DNA of 64,000 nucleotides from Camelus dromedarius (taxonomy: Eukaryota): the NCBI RefSeq assembly GCF_036321535.1, contig NC_087436.1, positions 98,148,001-98,212,000 of the forward strand, in the 5' to 3' direction. This document shows positions 37,401-49,200 of this stretch, one piece after another. The notes below the pieces were generated by a model, which saw nothing but the letters and a program-made list of their open reading frames with translations, was not told where the DNA came from and made no database searches. How positions within the stretch are numbered: position 1 is the first letter of the stretch; every line of letters begins with the position of its first letter. A program made the position numbers and the translations under genes.

Positions 37401-38608
37401 TGAGAGGAAAAACTTAAAAGTCACATGAGAGAAACTTTCATCATTTTCAGATCTAACCCTACTAAGTCATACTATCATACTAGGTAGAACTGCTGGAAGA
37501 ATGCTGAAAGAAACTCTAAACGTAGGTCAGAAGTAGGTTTTGGGGACTGTTTGTGTTAAATTCTTTTTGTTTCTTGCTCATGGTAATACAGGAAACCTTC
37601 TTTAAACCATACTAGAGTGAGACCATCTGCAAAGACCCTACATACTAAAGTAAATGCCTTAATCTCCATTTTTTTTCCAAAATAAAAATAACATTAACAC
37701 AAAACAATGTGTTATGAAGCATTATAGTTCTGATATTTTATGAAGACATCAATGCTATTTTTGAAATATCAACTATCAAGATTCTTTCAAATTAAATATT
37801 TGGTATCACTGCTTTGCAAATCCTTACATTTTTAATCTAACTATTGGCTCATCCTACAATGCATTTTTGAATTCCAGAAATAGTATTGTAGAACTTTGAG
37901 GAGGACCACAAGGTCTGCATGTGAATTTGAGGAAGATATTTTGAAATTCAGAGTGTACACTGAACACAACCCCATATTTACCTACATATTGGCAACGTGC
38001 AAGGATATTGCACATTTAGCTAGAGCTAAACTAAAATCATGTTATGATAAGTATCTTTGGAACTTGGGTAACAGATTTAGAGGGAAACCTATATTCTTTT
38101 TTTCATGTTTATAATAATTAACTTATGTATTTCAACTCAACAAAGTTTTAGAAAGTGCATGTTTATAACCAGAATTCACTGGAATTTAATATTTTGTCTT
38201 GTGCAGATAAGATGTATATTTTGAACTCCAAGACTGTGAAAGAGTGTTTGTTTCTTATCAAGTTTGTGGTGATAAAAGCCCTTATGCACACTCGAATTTA
38301 TTTAATCTAAGAGAATGGTAATTACCAAAGGTAATATACAATTCTATAAAGCAGTATTGAATGAAGTGTACCTTTTCAGCTTGTTTGCGTTTAAAAATCT
38401 CATGAGGTTTCATGCATGGACAAAAAAAAATTGTAGAGCCTAAAACTCTAAACACAATATAATTTTTTATAAATTAAAATAACACTTTACAGAAGTTAAA
38501 ATTATATTTTAAAGTTGTTTGAATAAAATTAAAACACAAAATTATATCTGAAATAAGCCTTTTATATTTCCAAATTTATGATAAAGTATAAGTTTATAAG
38601 TTTGAGTT

Positions 38609-39453
38609 ATCAGAGAACTGCAAATCAAAACTACAATGAGGTATCACTGCACACCCGTCAGAATGGCCATCATTAAAAAATCCACAAATGATAAATACTG
38701 GAGAGGATATGAAGAAAAGGGAACCCTCCTACAATGATGGTGGAAAGGTAGTTTCGTGCAGCCATCATGGAAAATAGTATGGAGATTCCTTAAAAAACTA
38801 AAAATAGACTTACCATAGGATGCAGCAACCCCACTCCTAGGCATATATCTGGAGGAAACTATAATTCGAAAAAATATGTGCACCCCAATGTTCATAGCAG
38901 TATTATTTAAAATATCCAAGACAAGGAAGCAACCTAATCATTCATCATCAGATGATGGGATAAAAAAGTTGTGATATCTTTATACAATGGAATACTACTC
39001 AGCCATAAAAGTGAATAAAACAATACCATTTGCAGCAACATGGATGGACCTGGAGAATATCATTCTAAGTGAGGTAAGCCAGAGAGAGAAAGAAAAATAC
39101 CATGTGTTATCACTTATATGTGGAATCTAGAAAAAAGGACACACATGAACTTATTTACAAAACAGAAAGAGGCTCACAGACAGAAAACAAACTTATGGTT
39201 ACCAGACTTAAAATGGGGGAGGGGTGGAGAGATAAACTGGGAGTTCAGGATTTGCAGATACTGATACTAACATATATAAAATAGATAAATGACAGGGCCC
39301 TACTTTATAGCACAGGGAACTATATTCAATACCTTATAATAGCTAGAAAAAAAACTAGAATATGAAAAGGAATATATATGTATAACTGAATCGCAATGCT
39401 ATACACCAGAAATTAACACATTGTAAACTGACTATACTTCACTTAAAAAAAAA
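38609..39453 (+). mobile_element. 5'-truncated younger LINE-1 (camelid/artiodactyl-type 3' UTR) with poly(A) and TSD
   Basis: ORF2 end plus 3' UTR (tatagcacagggaactatattcaatacctt; gtaaactgactatacttc), A-tail. TSD aagtttataagtttga (38590-38605) vs aggtttgtaagtttga (39454-39469), 14/16 identical. Confidence 0.95.
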
Positions 39454-39507
39454 AGGTTTGTAAGTTTGAACTTTTTATCTTTGAGGATTTGTACTAGTTT
39501 ACCAGTG

Positions 39508-39552
39508 CAGTTTACATACAATTACAGTTTACATACAATTACAGTTTACATA
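39508..39552 (+). repeat. 17-bp tandem repeat (cagtttacatacaatta, ~2.6 copies)
   Basis: Direct: units begin at 39508, 39525 and 39542. Confidence 0.95.
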
Positions 39553-42126
39553 TGGCACTTAAAATATATATTAGTGTTTTCCAAATATTACTCTGGCATA
39601 AGTATTAAGTAACTAACTATGTTAGGAATCAGATAATTAATTTTTAAATTGACTTTTTATTGTTCAAAGAAGGTTTAGGCTCACAGAAAAATTGAGTGGG
39701 ATATACAGAGATTTCTTGTATCTTTCCAAACACTGTAAGAATGAATTCTGTAAAAATTCTGATTTTTAAAAAAATTTTAAACCTTTGTACTTTTCATGAT
39801 AATGGACGAATACAAATCAGTATCTTTTTAAATCAACTGATAGAAAATGTGCACTTAAGTGAACTAAATTCAGTTTTAGATCTCTGTAATCTTTGGAAAA
39901 CAGGTATCCAGGTGAAGGGATGCTGCATTAAGAATAATGACATTATTATACCAGTTCTGTGCATTTGGGCGTGGTACAATAGACAGCAGATGTCTAAGCA
40001 AAAGAAATTTCAAAACTGGAAGCATCTTGATTTTCCTTTTTAAGTAATTATTTTAATTCAGTTCTTGATTATTTCTCCTGTAATATATTCACTTGACATA
40101 TGGTCATTTTAAATGCAAATATTTTGTATCTGAAGAGCAACAGTCTCATGTCTATTTTGTATATTATCCAGAAGCAAAAGTAGCTTGACAATAGATAAAA
40201 TGTCTTTGATTGTCTGAGCATACATTTGCCTTGAATATCCACATCTGCATAAGTGTTGGAAAAAATAAATTCAAAAAGAGAGAATGGTTGTTTTCCTTTC
40301 CCTTAGAGGAGAGGGAGAAGGGAAAAAATGGACCTGGCCATCTATGAATAATGAACAAATCATACAACAGCACTTCTAATGGCACTCGTTGATTCTTTCA
40401 GTTAGAGTCACTAATCAGAAAATTAGTAACAGAGCTCCTCAAATCAAAAGCATAAAGAAAAATGAGTATATAAACCAGTTCCAATTTTAATTTGGTTTGA
40501 TATGCTAATGATACAGCCATCAGCTGAAAAACAAAGAGGAAACAAGATTGTCTATTTAAATTGTTTTTGCAGACTGTTTTTCTGATTTACCTTCAATGAA
40601 AGTATTATGAAGTAAGTGTAACTCACTGAATTTAATCTATTCTGCAGCTGTTGATTATATAAGAAGAAATATGACATCAATGTTATGCAGTCAAACATAA
40701 AAAAAACTTTCTAAAAATTTCTTGTAACAATTTCATCAATTTATTTGAAATAAACATAATGAATATTTATACACTAACATAAGGCCTTCAAACAAAACAC
40801 ATTTCCCTTTTCTTCTTTTTTAAGAAATACTGAATTTAAATTTGTGATTGAGTTAGGGTTAGATAGTCCTGTTTTATTTCAACATAAAATAAAATTAGTG
40901 CTTGATGCACTGAACAGAACTTTTAAATACTACCATTATCTTAGTAGCTAAGGAAGCTTAAGGTTCAATCTAAAGAATTAACATCTATTGATACAGTGTA
41001 ATGAAGAAAAGACAAATCGTTTAGGACTTAAACATGAGCTTACTGTGATTTACAAGAGTCCCATGTGTCTAGACCACCAGTTTTTCCTCTGGCATATAAA
41101 GATCCTGGAAGTAGGAAAATAAACAATTGAAGTGATAATGGCTGATAATTTTCTAAAATGAATGACAAGACTATAGATTAAGGAAGCTGAGAGAACTCCA
41201 AGCAAAATAAATACAAAAAAAGAAAAAAAAAGTGGATCTAAACATATCTTTTTCATACTCTAGAAGACTAAAGACAAAGAGACAATCTTGAAAGAAATCA
41301 GAGAAAGAAACACCTTACCTATAGAACAAAGGATACGGATTATGGTGGAATTAAATATTTTAAATGTTGAACAGTAAAGCCACCAGCCTGAAGTTCTCTA
41401 TCCAGTATAAGTCCAATATTACAGTTGGAGACTACGACACTCTGTCTTAATTGATACATCAAACAGAAGGTAAATAAGGACAGAGTTGACCTGAATAGCA
41501 CTAATAGTCAACTTGATCTAATCCAGATTTGTTGAATGTTCTATTAATGACAGCAATATATATATTCCTCTCAAGCTTGTATAAAATATTCACAAAAATA
41601 GACCACATTGAAGGCCATGAAACACATTTTGACAATTTTTAATTGAAATATTACAAAGTATATTTTCAAATTTCAGTGGAATTAAATGAGAAGTTAACAA
41701 CAGAAAGATAGCAGGAAAATTCCCAAAAGGGGACAAATAAGCCCCAAGAGAAATAGTTTATCAACTAACTAAAATTAATAATGCATCCTACTAAAATGTG
41801 ATGCATCAAGGACAGTATTTAGGGGGAAAATAATGTGTACATTAGAAAAATGAGAAATATCTAAAATCATTTATCTAAACTATCAGCTTAGGAAACTAGA
41901 GAGAGGAGAACAACCTAAACTTAAAACAACTAGAAGAAAAGAAGTAAAAATCAAAGCAGAAATCAATGAAATTGAAAAAGCAAATCAACAGAGAAATAAA
42001 TGAAACTAAATCAGAGATGAAAGAGATCAGTACTGATCATATAGAAGTTTTTTTAAATGACAATAAAGGAGTACTATGAACAAGTCTAGGTCTACATTTT
42101 TGATAGATGAAATGAACCAATCTCTT

Positions 42127-43386
42127 TTTTTAATTGAAGTATAGTTGACTTACAATACAATAGTAATTTCAAGTGTACAACATATGACTCAATATTTTTA
42201 TAGATTATGCACCATACAAAGTTACTGCAGTATTATTGATTATATTCCCTGTGGTGTTCATTATATCCCTGTGACATTTATTTTATAACTGATAGTTTAT
42301 ACCTCTTAATCTTCTTCATTACTTTTATCCATCCCCCTCCCACTCCCCTCTGGCAGCCACTAGTTTGTATGTATCAGTGAGTGTGTTTCTTTTTGTTATA
42401 TTTGTTAATTAATTAATTAATTAATTTTAAATTCCACATATAAGTGGAATCTTTCTTTCTTTGTCTGACTTATTTCATTTAGCATATTACCCTTTAGGTC
42501 CATGCATTTTGTCATAAATGGCAAGATTTGATTCTTTTTTTAATGACTGAGTAATATTTATTCATATATTTATCTATTTATCTGTTGATGGACACAAGTG
42601 GCTTCCATAGCTTGGCTATTATGAATAATGGTGCTATGAACATTGGGCCACATATGTTTTTTTGAATTAATGTTTTCATTTTTTGAAGAACCACCATACT
42701 CTTTACATAGTGATTGTACCAATTTACATTCCCTCCAACAGTGCATGAGAGTTCACTTTTCTCCACATCCCTGCCAACATATTTTATTTATTGTCTTTTT
42801 GATGATACCCATTCTGACAGATGTGAGGTGATTCCTTATTGTAGTTTTGACTTGCATTTCCCTGATGATTAGCAATGTTGAGAGTCTTTTTATGTGCCTG
42901 TTAGCTTGGTTTTAGGTTTTACATTTAAGTCTTTAATCCATTTTGAACTTATTTTTGTATGTGGTATAAGAAAGTAGTCAATTTGATTCAAAGTGTTTAC
43001 TATATATTTTTTTTCTAGTTTTATGGTTTCAAGCCTTATGTATGTCTTTAATACATTTTGAATATATTTTGTATATGGTGTAAGAAAATGGTCTAGTTTT
43101 TTTCTTTCGTATATAGTTGTCCAGTTTTTCCAGCACCATTTATTGAATAGACTATCTTTTTCCTCACTGTATATTCTTGCCTCCTTTGTCATAGATTAAT
43201 TGACCATATAAGCATGGGTTTATTTCTGGGCTCTCTACTCTATTCCATTGATCTGTGTGTCTGGTTTTGTGCCAGTACCATACTGTTGATGACTGTAGCT
43301 TTATAGTACAGTTTGAGCTCAGGGAGTATGATACCTTTAGTTTTTGTCTTCTCTCTCAAGATTGCTTTGACTCTTCAGGTTCTTTT
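42127..43386 (-). mobile_element. Nested younger antisense LINE-1 with 20-bp TSD
   Basis: Starts tttttaattgaagtatagttgacttacaat. TSD atgaaatgaaccaatctctt (42107-42126) vs atgaagtgaatcaatctctt (43387-43406), 18/20 identical. Confidence 0.93.
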
Positions 43387-43629
43387 ATGAAGTGAATCAA
43401 TCTCTTGATAAAGTCACAAAATTCTAAAATGTGCACAAAGAATAAGAAAATTCATAGGCCTTCGTTTTTTAAAGATACTGAATTAATAATTTTTCAAAAC
43501 AGAGCACTAGTTCTAGTTGGTTTCACTAGTGAATTCTAGTAAACATTTAAGGAAAAAAATGAAACCAGTTCTCCACAATGTTTTGCAAAAGACAGAAGCA
43601 GAGGGAATAATAGTTCCTGTAATGGACTG

Positions 43630-43855
43630 GGTGGTAGGTGGCTCCCAACAAGGATTGGCCCCTGAAGTTTGTGAATGTGACATAATTTGGAAAAGGGTCT
43701 TTGACAATGAAATTAGTTTAAAGAGCTGGAGATTAGATCATCATGGATTAGGATGGACCCTAAGTCAAATGACAGTGTCCTTAGAAGAGAAGGAAAGGAC
43801 TGAAATAAAGAAGTCATGTGAAGATGGTTGCCGAGTTATGTAGTCCCAAGCCAAG
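43630..43855 (+). mobile_element. MLT1 (B/C-like) LTR fragment
   Basis: tgtgaatgtgacataatttggaaaagggtctttg...ggattaggatggaccctaagtcaaatgacagtgtcctta. Confidence 0.8.
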
Positions 43856-46800
43856 TTATCAACAAACTTATTCAGAAGTGCATAAGGAAAGGCACAGGAC
43901 CTAGAATAAGTAACCCAGTACTATAAATAAAAAGCAAAGTTGTAGGACTTACGCTACCTGGTTTCAAAACTTACAATAAAAATATAGTAATATGGACATA
44001 ATAGTAATTGAATAGATAGATTAATGGAATAGAATTGAGAGCCCAGAAATAGACCCGTGTAAATATAGCCAACTGATCTTTGACAAAAAAGCAAAAGCAA
44101 TTCATTGGCAATTCAAATAATACTCTTTTCAGTAAATGATTCTGGACCAATTAAACATCTATAAGCAAAAAACTAAACCTGGACAAAGACCATATACCTT
44201 TTGCAAAAATTAGCTCACAACTGATTAGACTTAAGTAAAAAACACAGAAGCACAAAACTTGTAGAAGAAAACACTGAAGAAAATCTAAGTAATATTATCT
44301 TTTGGTGATGGATTTTTAGCTTCAACACCAAAAGCACAATCCAAGAAAGAAAAAAATTGTAAGTTAGACTCTATTAAAGTTAAAACTTTTGCTCTACAAA
44401 AGATAAGCTACTAACTGGGAGAACAAATTTGCTAAATACATAAAGGATAAAGGACTTGTGTTCAAAATATATAAAGAATTATTAAAACTCCAATATAAGA
44501 AAACAAACAACCCAGTTAAAAACTGAGCATAATACCTGAGCAGACACTTCAGCAAAGAAGATGCACAGATAGCAGTTAAACGGGAAAAGATGCCTCACTT
44601 CATTTGTTATTAGGGCATCTCAAAACAATGCAATGCTGCTACAGACCTATTAGAATGGTTAAAACTCTAAAAATTGGATAATATCAAATGAAACAAGAAC
44701 TCTCATTGATTGCTGGTAGAAATGCCAAATTGTACGGCTATTTTGGAAGACAGTTTGTCAGTGTTTTACAAAGGTAAATATTGTATTGTCATACACTCTA
44801 AGAATCACACTCCTAAGAATTTACCTAGTGGGTTTGGAAACATGCTCATACAAAAATCTGCACTCACACGCTCACAGAAGTTTTGTTCATAATTGTCAAA
44901 AACTGAAAGCAACCTAGATGTCCTTCAATAGATGAATGGATAAACAAACTGCATTACTTTCATACAATGGAATAGTATTTGATGATAACAAGAAATAAAC
45001 TAGCAAGTCACTGAAAGACATGAATAACTTTTAAATGTATGTTAGTAACTAAAAGAAGGCATTCTGAAAATGCCACAAACTATATGAATTCAATTATACA
45101 ACATTTTAGGAAAAGCAAAACTATAATGACAGTAAAAAGATCAATGGTTGCTTCAAATTTGGTGGAAGGGGAGGACAATTGAGTAGGTGAAGCATGGGAA
45201 TTTCAGGGCAGTAAAACTCCTCTCTCTGACACTGTATTTGTGAATAAATGACAGTATGCATTTGTCAAAACCTGTAGACATTTACAGCACAAAGAGTGAA
45301 CCTGAATGCATGCAAATTTAAAAAAATCATTTAGGAGCTCAGGGCACCCCAGGGAGAAATGCATAATATGATTAAACTATCTTTTTTACATTTTTTTGCA
45401 AATCCAAAGCTCTACTAAAAAAGTTTTAAATGTCTAACATGTCTGTCTGGGCAGCTGTATTATATCCTTTGTTATCAAAGCTTTTTATTTTATTATATAA
45501 AATTGTGTCACATTTCAGAAACTATTAGAATTGGGGGGGGGCGTTGGTAGCTTTAGTATAATTTTAAATGATTTTTTAAACTCTTAAATAAATCTTTGCC
45601 ATCACTCTTCATCAAGCATGGAAATGTAAAGCAAACATACTGACTAGTACTCAACAATAAGTATTCATTGTTTAACTATGTACCAGTGCTGGACTCTGGA
45701 ATATAAATGATTGCTGCCCTTGTGTAGGGTCCTTGTCTGCTTATGTGTTTAAAGTAAAATGAATTTGTGAATAGTTTGTGGGCAGAAGTAAAAGATACTG
45801 CTTTTGCTTAGTTCTTTGCCTTTTAAAGAGGGCAGTGGACTTTTTTTTTCCCCTATGCCCCCAAGCCACCTTCCTTTTCCTTTCATCCTCTGGTAAGTGA
45901 TGATATGTTTGAAATGGGGTTATTTTCCAGGTATCCCGCAAGGCTAGAGTATGTCTCATCCACTTTCTCACTGAAGCAATCTAAAGTTTCTCTCAACAAT
46001 CCAACTCTTCAACTCTTAATAATTGACTGGAAATCATTTAATCAGTGATAAAAACTGTTAGAAGTAGTTTAATCTCAATTCCCCACCCCACCCCTCATTT
46101 CTCATCTCTGACTGAACTGCAGTAAACATCAGACCCTAAACACTGGGGAGCTATAGAACAGTACCGAGGCTTCTAAAGTAAACTTTAAAATACGATGCAG
46201 CATAACTTCTTCTTAGTTGCAATCCTCTGTCATCTTTGACATTTCCAATTAGAAGAAGTCATAAAAGCAACATTAAAAATTCAATAAAGCAAACCTGAGA
46301 CAGTAGTAAAAGTTATGTCTCCCCTCAAATATTTGTTAATTGTCATGACTAATACACATATGATTGAAACATCATACCTCTTGTTGTCCTAAAAATTATC
46401 TTTCAGAAAGGAGTAATGTGCCTTGTCTTTTTAAATATAGGGGATTTCATATTACCCAGAATTTACATTAGACTAAAATATCCTGAATTTAGAAGGTACT
46501 AAAATGATTTCCAGCAGTCCTAGTTCTGGATGTTGACAAAAAGTTAATCAGTGGAATAGGTAAACTATAAATGGAAGGTGAAGGAATTAGCAGAGGCATA
46601 GTGATTTTACTGGGGCATGGGGCCATGCATTTTCTGTAATGTAATATTGTAAACAAATCTCTTAAAGATTATTTTTCTAAATAATCAGTAGGTGTTGACA
46701 TCATTGAGATCACATATATAAATATGTTGGAGAAATGAAAATATAAAACCCTGCTATTAATGGGTACTTACAGATTTGGAATGTATTTTCAGTGAGAGCA

Positions 46801-48379
46801 TAATACATGATTTTCACAAGTGCTGTAACTCATACTATTAAGACATGTGAGGATGATGCACTCTAAAAACTATTAGATGACACTAAAAATGTTTGAGTGA
46901 TACTGAAGGCATCATGTGTATAAATGATTTTGATAAAACTATTTTATGAAATGGAAAGTACAAAGGGCAGGGTTTCTAAGTTAACACTTAATTAAATATC
47001 TCTTAAATAAGTCATGTAAATGTTATTCATAAACAATTTTATCATTTTTTGCACCTTTCAACATTTACGTATTTACGTTTGATCAATTTTTTGAGACTTC
47101 ATGTGAAAAGTGGGCATCTCTTTCTATAAGAAACTGTCTTAAATTATGGCGTAGAATGAATGTGAGTATTGTGTTAGTCTGCTTGTACAGCAATGTAATA
47201 ATGCTTATGATAAGGGGAAATTTTAATAAAGCAGAAGCTAGGAAGAAATTCAAGCTAGATTTTGATTCTAAAGTTTAATGCTTGCACTCCAATTTCACTG
47301 TGTGTTATCTAAAAGAAACCATCAAAGTATTGCCCTTACCAGTAGGATAGATCCAGTATTTGACTGAAGAACATGAACTATCATTATTATTAGGTCAAGT
47401 ATTGTAACTGCCTTTGAGATTAAAGATCCAAGAACAAAGAAGAGAGATCAACTGTGAATAAAGAATAAAGTAATTCACAAGAGAGATAGGTTTAATATAC
47501 TATTTTATAATGTGAAGAACTATAGTTGTCATTCATTTGTCAGTTACCTCAACATTACTTTAACTTCAAGATTTAAATTGGAAGTGTCACTTACATTTAG
47601 CTTCAAAGTGAATGAGAGAAGGAAAATGGCCCATTGTTCATTACTCAGAATCCATGTGCCAGAAAATTATAGGACACATCCACCATTTCACTGCTCATCA
47701 CAGAGGCAAGATCTATAATCAGAACTGCCTTGTAGCCATGACCCAAATGATTGTGGGCCAAGGAATTGGTTGTGTGGCCCTCATAAAAGTCATTAAGACA
47801 CATAGGGACATCTGTGAAAATATTCTGGGCAGTATAAGCAGTTCTTTGGGTGAGATTACGTCTTTGTCCACTACACACAGTATTTAGGTCACGAAATGGT
47901 AATTGTAAAAAATAAATACACTTGACAGTTAGAAAAATCAAACAGTATCAAACAATATATGACTTAAATATCCCTCTCATGACTTCTAGTCTTTCTAAAC
48001 CAGACTTCTTCACTGAATCACAGAGCATGGAATGTAATTTGAGTATTTTCTCATCGTTGCCTAGAATGTTACATATCTAGTCATTATGGACTAACGGGTG
48101 TGAAATTAATTCATTGCATACATAGATATGTTAGGGCACTAGTGATGAATTCTTGACAGAGAGCCCCACTTTAAAAACAGTGCTTATACATTTCTCCAGC
48201 CTCTTCTTGGTTGGGCTGTTTTCATCAGAGGGGTAAGTATCCACAAGACTCTAATGTACATACTGCATATTCAATCATGCAAGTGAAAATGTATGTATAT
48301 ATTTGAGTGCATATGTGCATGTATATGTATTCATGTGTGGCTGTAAATCTTTTTAAAAATACAAGTATACACTATACTC

Positions 48380-49200
48380 CTTGCCACTCTAAATCTCTAA
48401 TATCCAAAATCTGTATTTGGGTTATTTTTTACTGGGTAACCTAAATGACTGATTTTTAAATGGCTATCATTTCATTGCAAAAATGTACTATTAATTATTT
48501 GATTTGCCCCTAACTTAGAAGCGATTAACTTATTTTTAGTCTTTTACCATTACAAACCTTGCTGCAGTGGATGAATTATTTTTGTACACATCTATGTCTG
48601 TAGGATAAATTATCATAAACAGTAATTCTGAGCAAAAAAAAATGCACCTCTCAAAAGTAAAATATATTGTCATATTGCTCCCTAAAGAAATTGCTCCAAC
48701 TTATATTCTGAACATCAGTTGCTCTGAATTTTTGTTTTGTCTTGAGTATATTCTTTGCCTTTGTATATTTCATATTATGTTATTCCTAGATATTTTATAC
48801 TTTAAATGCAGTGGTAAATGTGATTTTTTCCCTTACATTTTACAACTAACAGCTCTTTATAGAGGAGAAGCTGTAAGAAAGCTCTTGCTTTGATAGCTTT
48901 ACTTAATCCTCATATTGTTTAAAATAGTGTTTTAGTATATTATCTTTAGTATGTTATCTATAGATAATTATTTAATCTTGGATTAGTACTTAAGTATATT
49001 TTTGTATCTTTCAGGTAAGTTATAACATCTATGAATTATTGAATTTCTTCCTATTTTCAATTGTTTTGGTTCCCTACTTTCTCTTATCTAATTTTATTAG
49101 CTAGCTAGAAAACATTTTAAATAAAATCCATGTTGCCGTATGTATTGTCTTTTTAATCCTGACTTCAGTGTTTATACGAGGCATTTTGCTTACAACATAT
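48380..49200 (-). mobile_element. Ancient L1ME-like fragments
   Basis: Degenerate antisense L1 (ttttaccattacaaaccttgctgcagtg; ctgtaggataaatt; tttctcttatctaattttattagctag). Confidence 0.5.

Larger units (their letters stand above)
41100..45425 (+). mobile_element. Fragmented LINE-1 (L1MC3-like 3' end): ORF1 and ORF2 remnants plus 3' UTR, hosting two nested insertions
   Basis: ORF1-like sequence (gaagctgagagaactccaagc; aaagacaaagagacaatcttgaaag), ORF2 pieces, and an L1MC3-like tail (tttgtcaaaacctgtagacatttacagcacaaagagtgaacc). Confidence 0.85.

Noticed and set aside
34324..39552. Short tandem repeats as CRISPR-like arrays or other prokaryotic systems
   Set aside because: Repeats are head-to-tail with no spacers, and the DNA is clearly mammalian with no operon-like or cas-like ORFs.
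39696..40043. 115-aa plus ORF
   Set aside because: Begins within an L1MC-type 3'-end fragment; no domain or exon boundaries recognised.
47600..47800. Possible old MLT1 LTR fragment and overlapping ORFs 47512-47941
   Set aside because: Similarity too weak to call by eye; the ORFs show no recognisable product.
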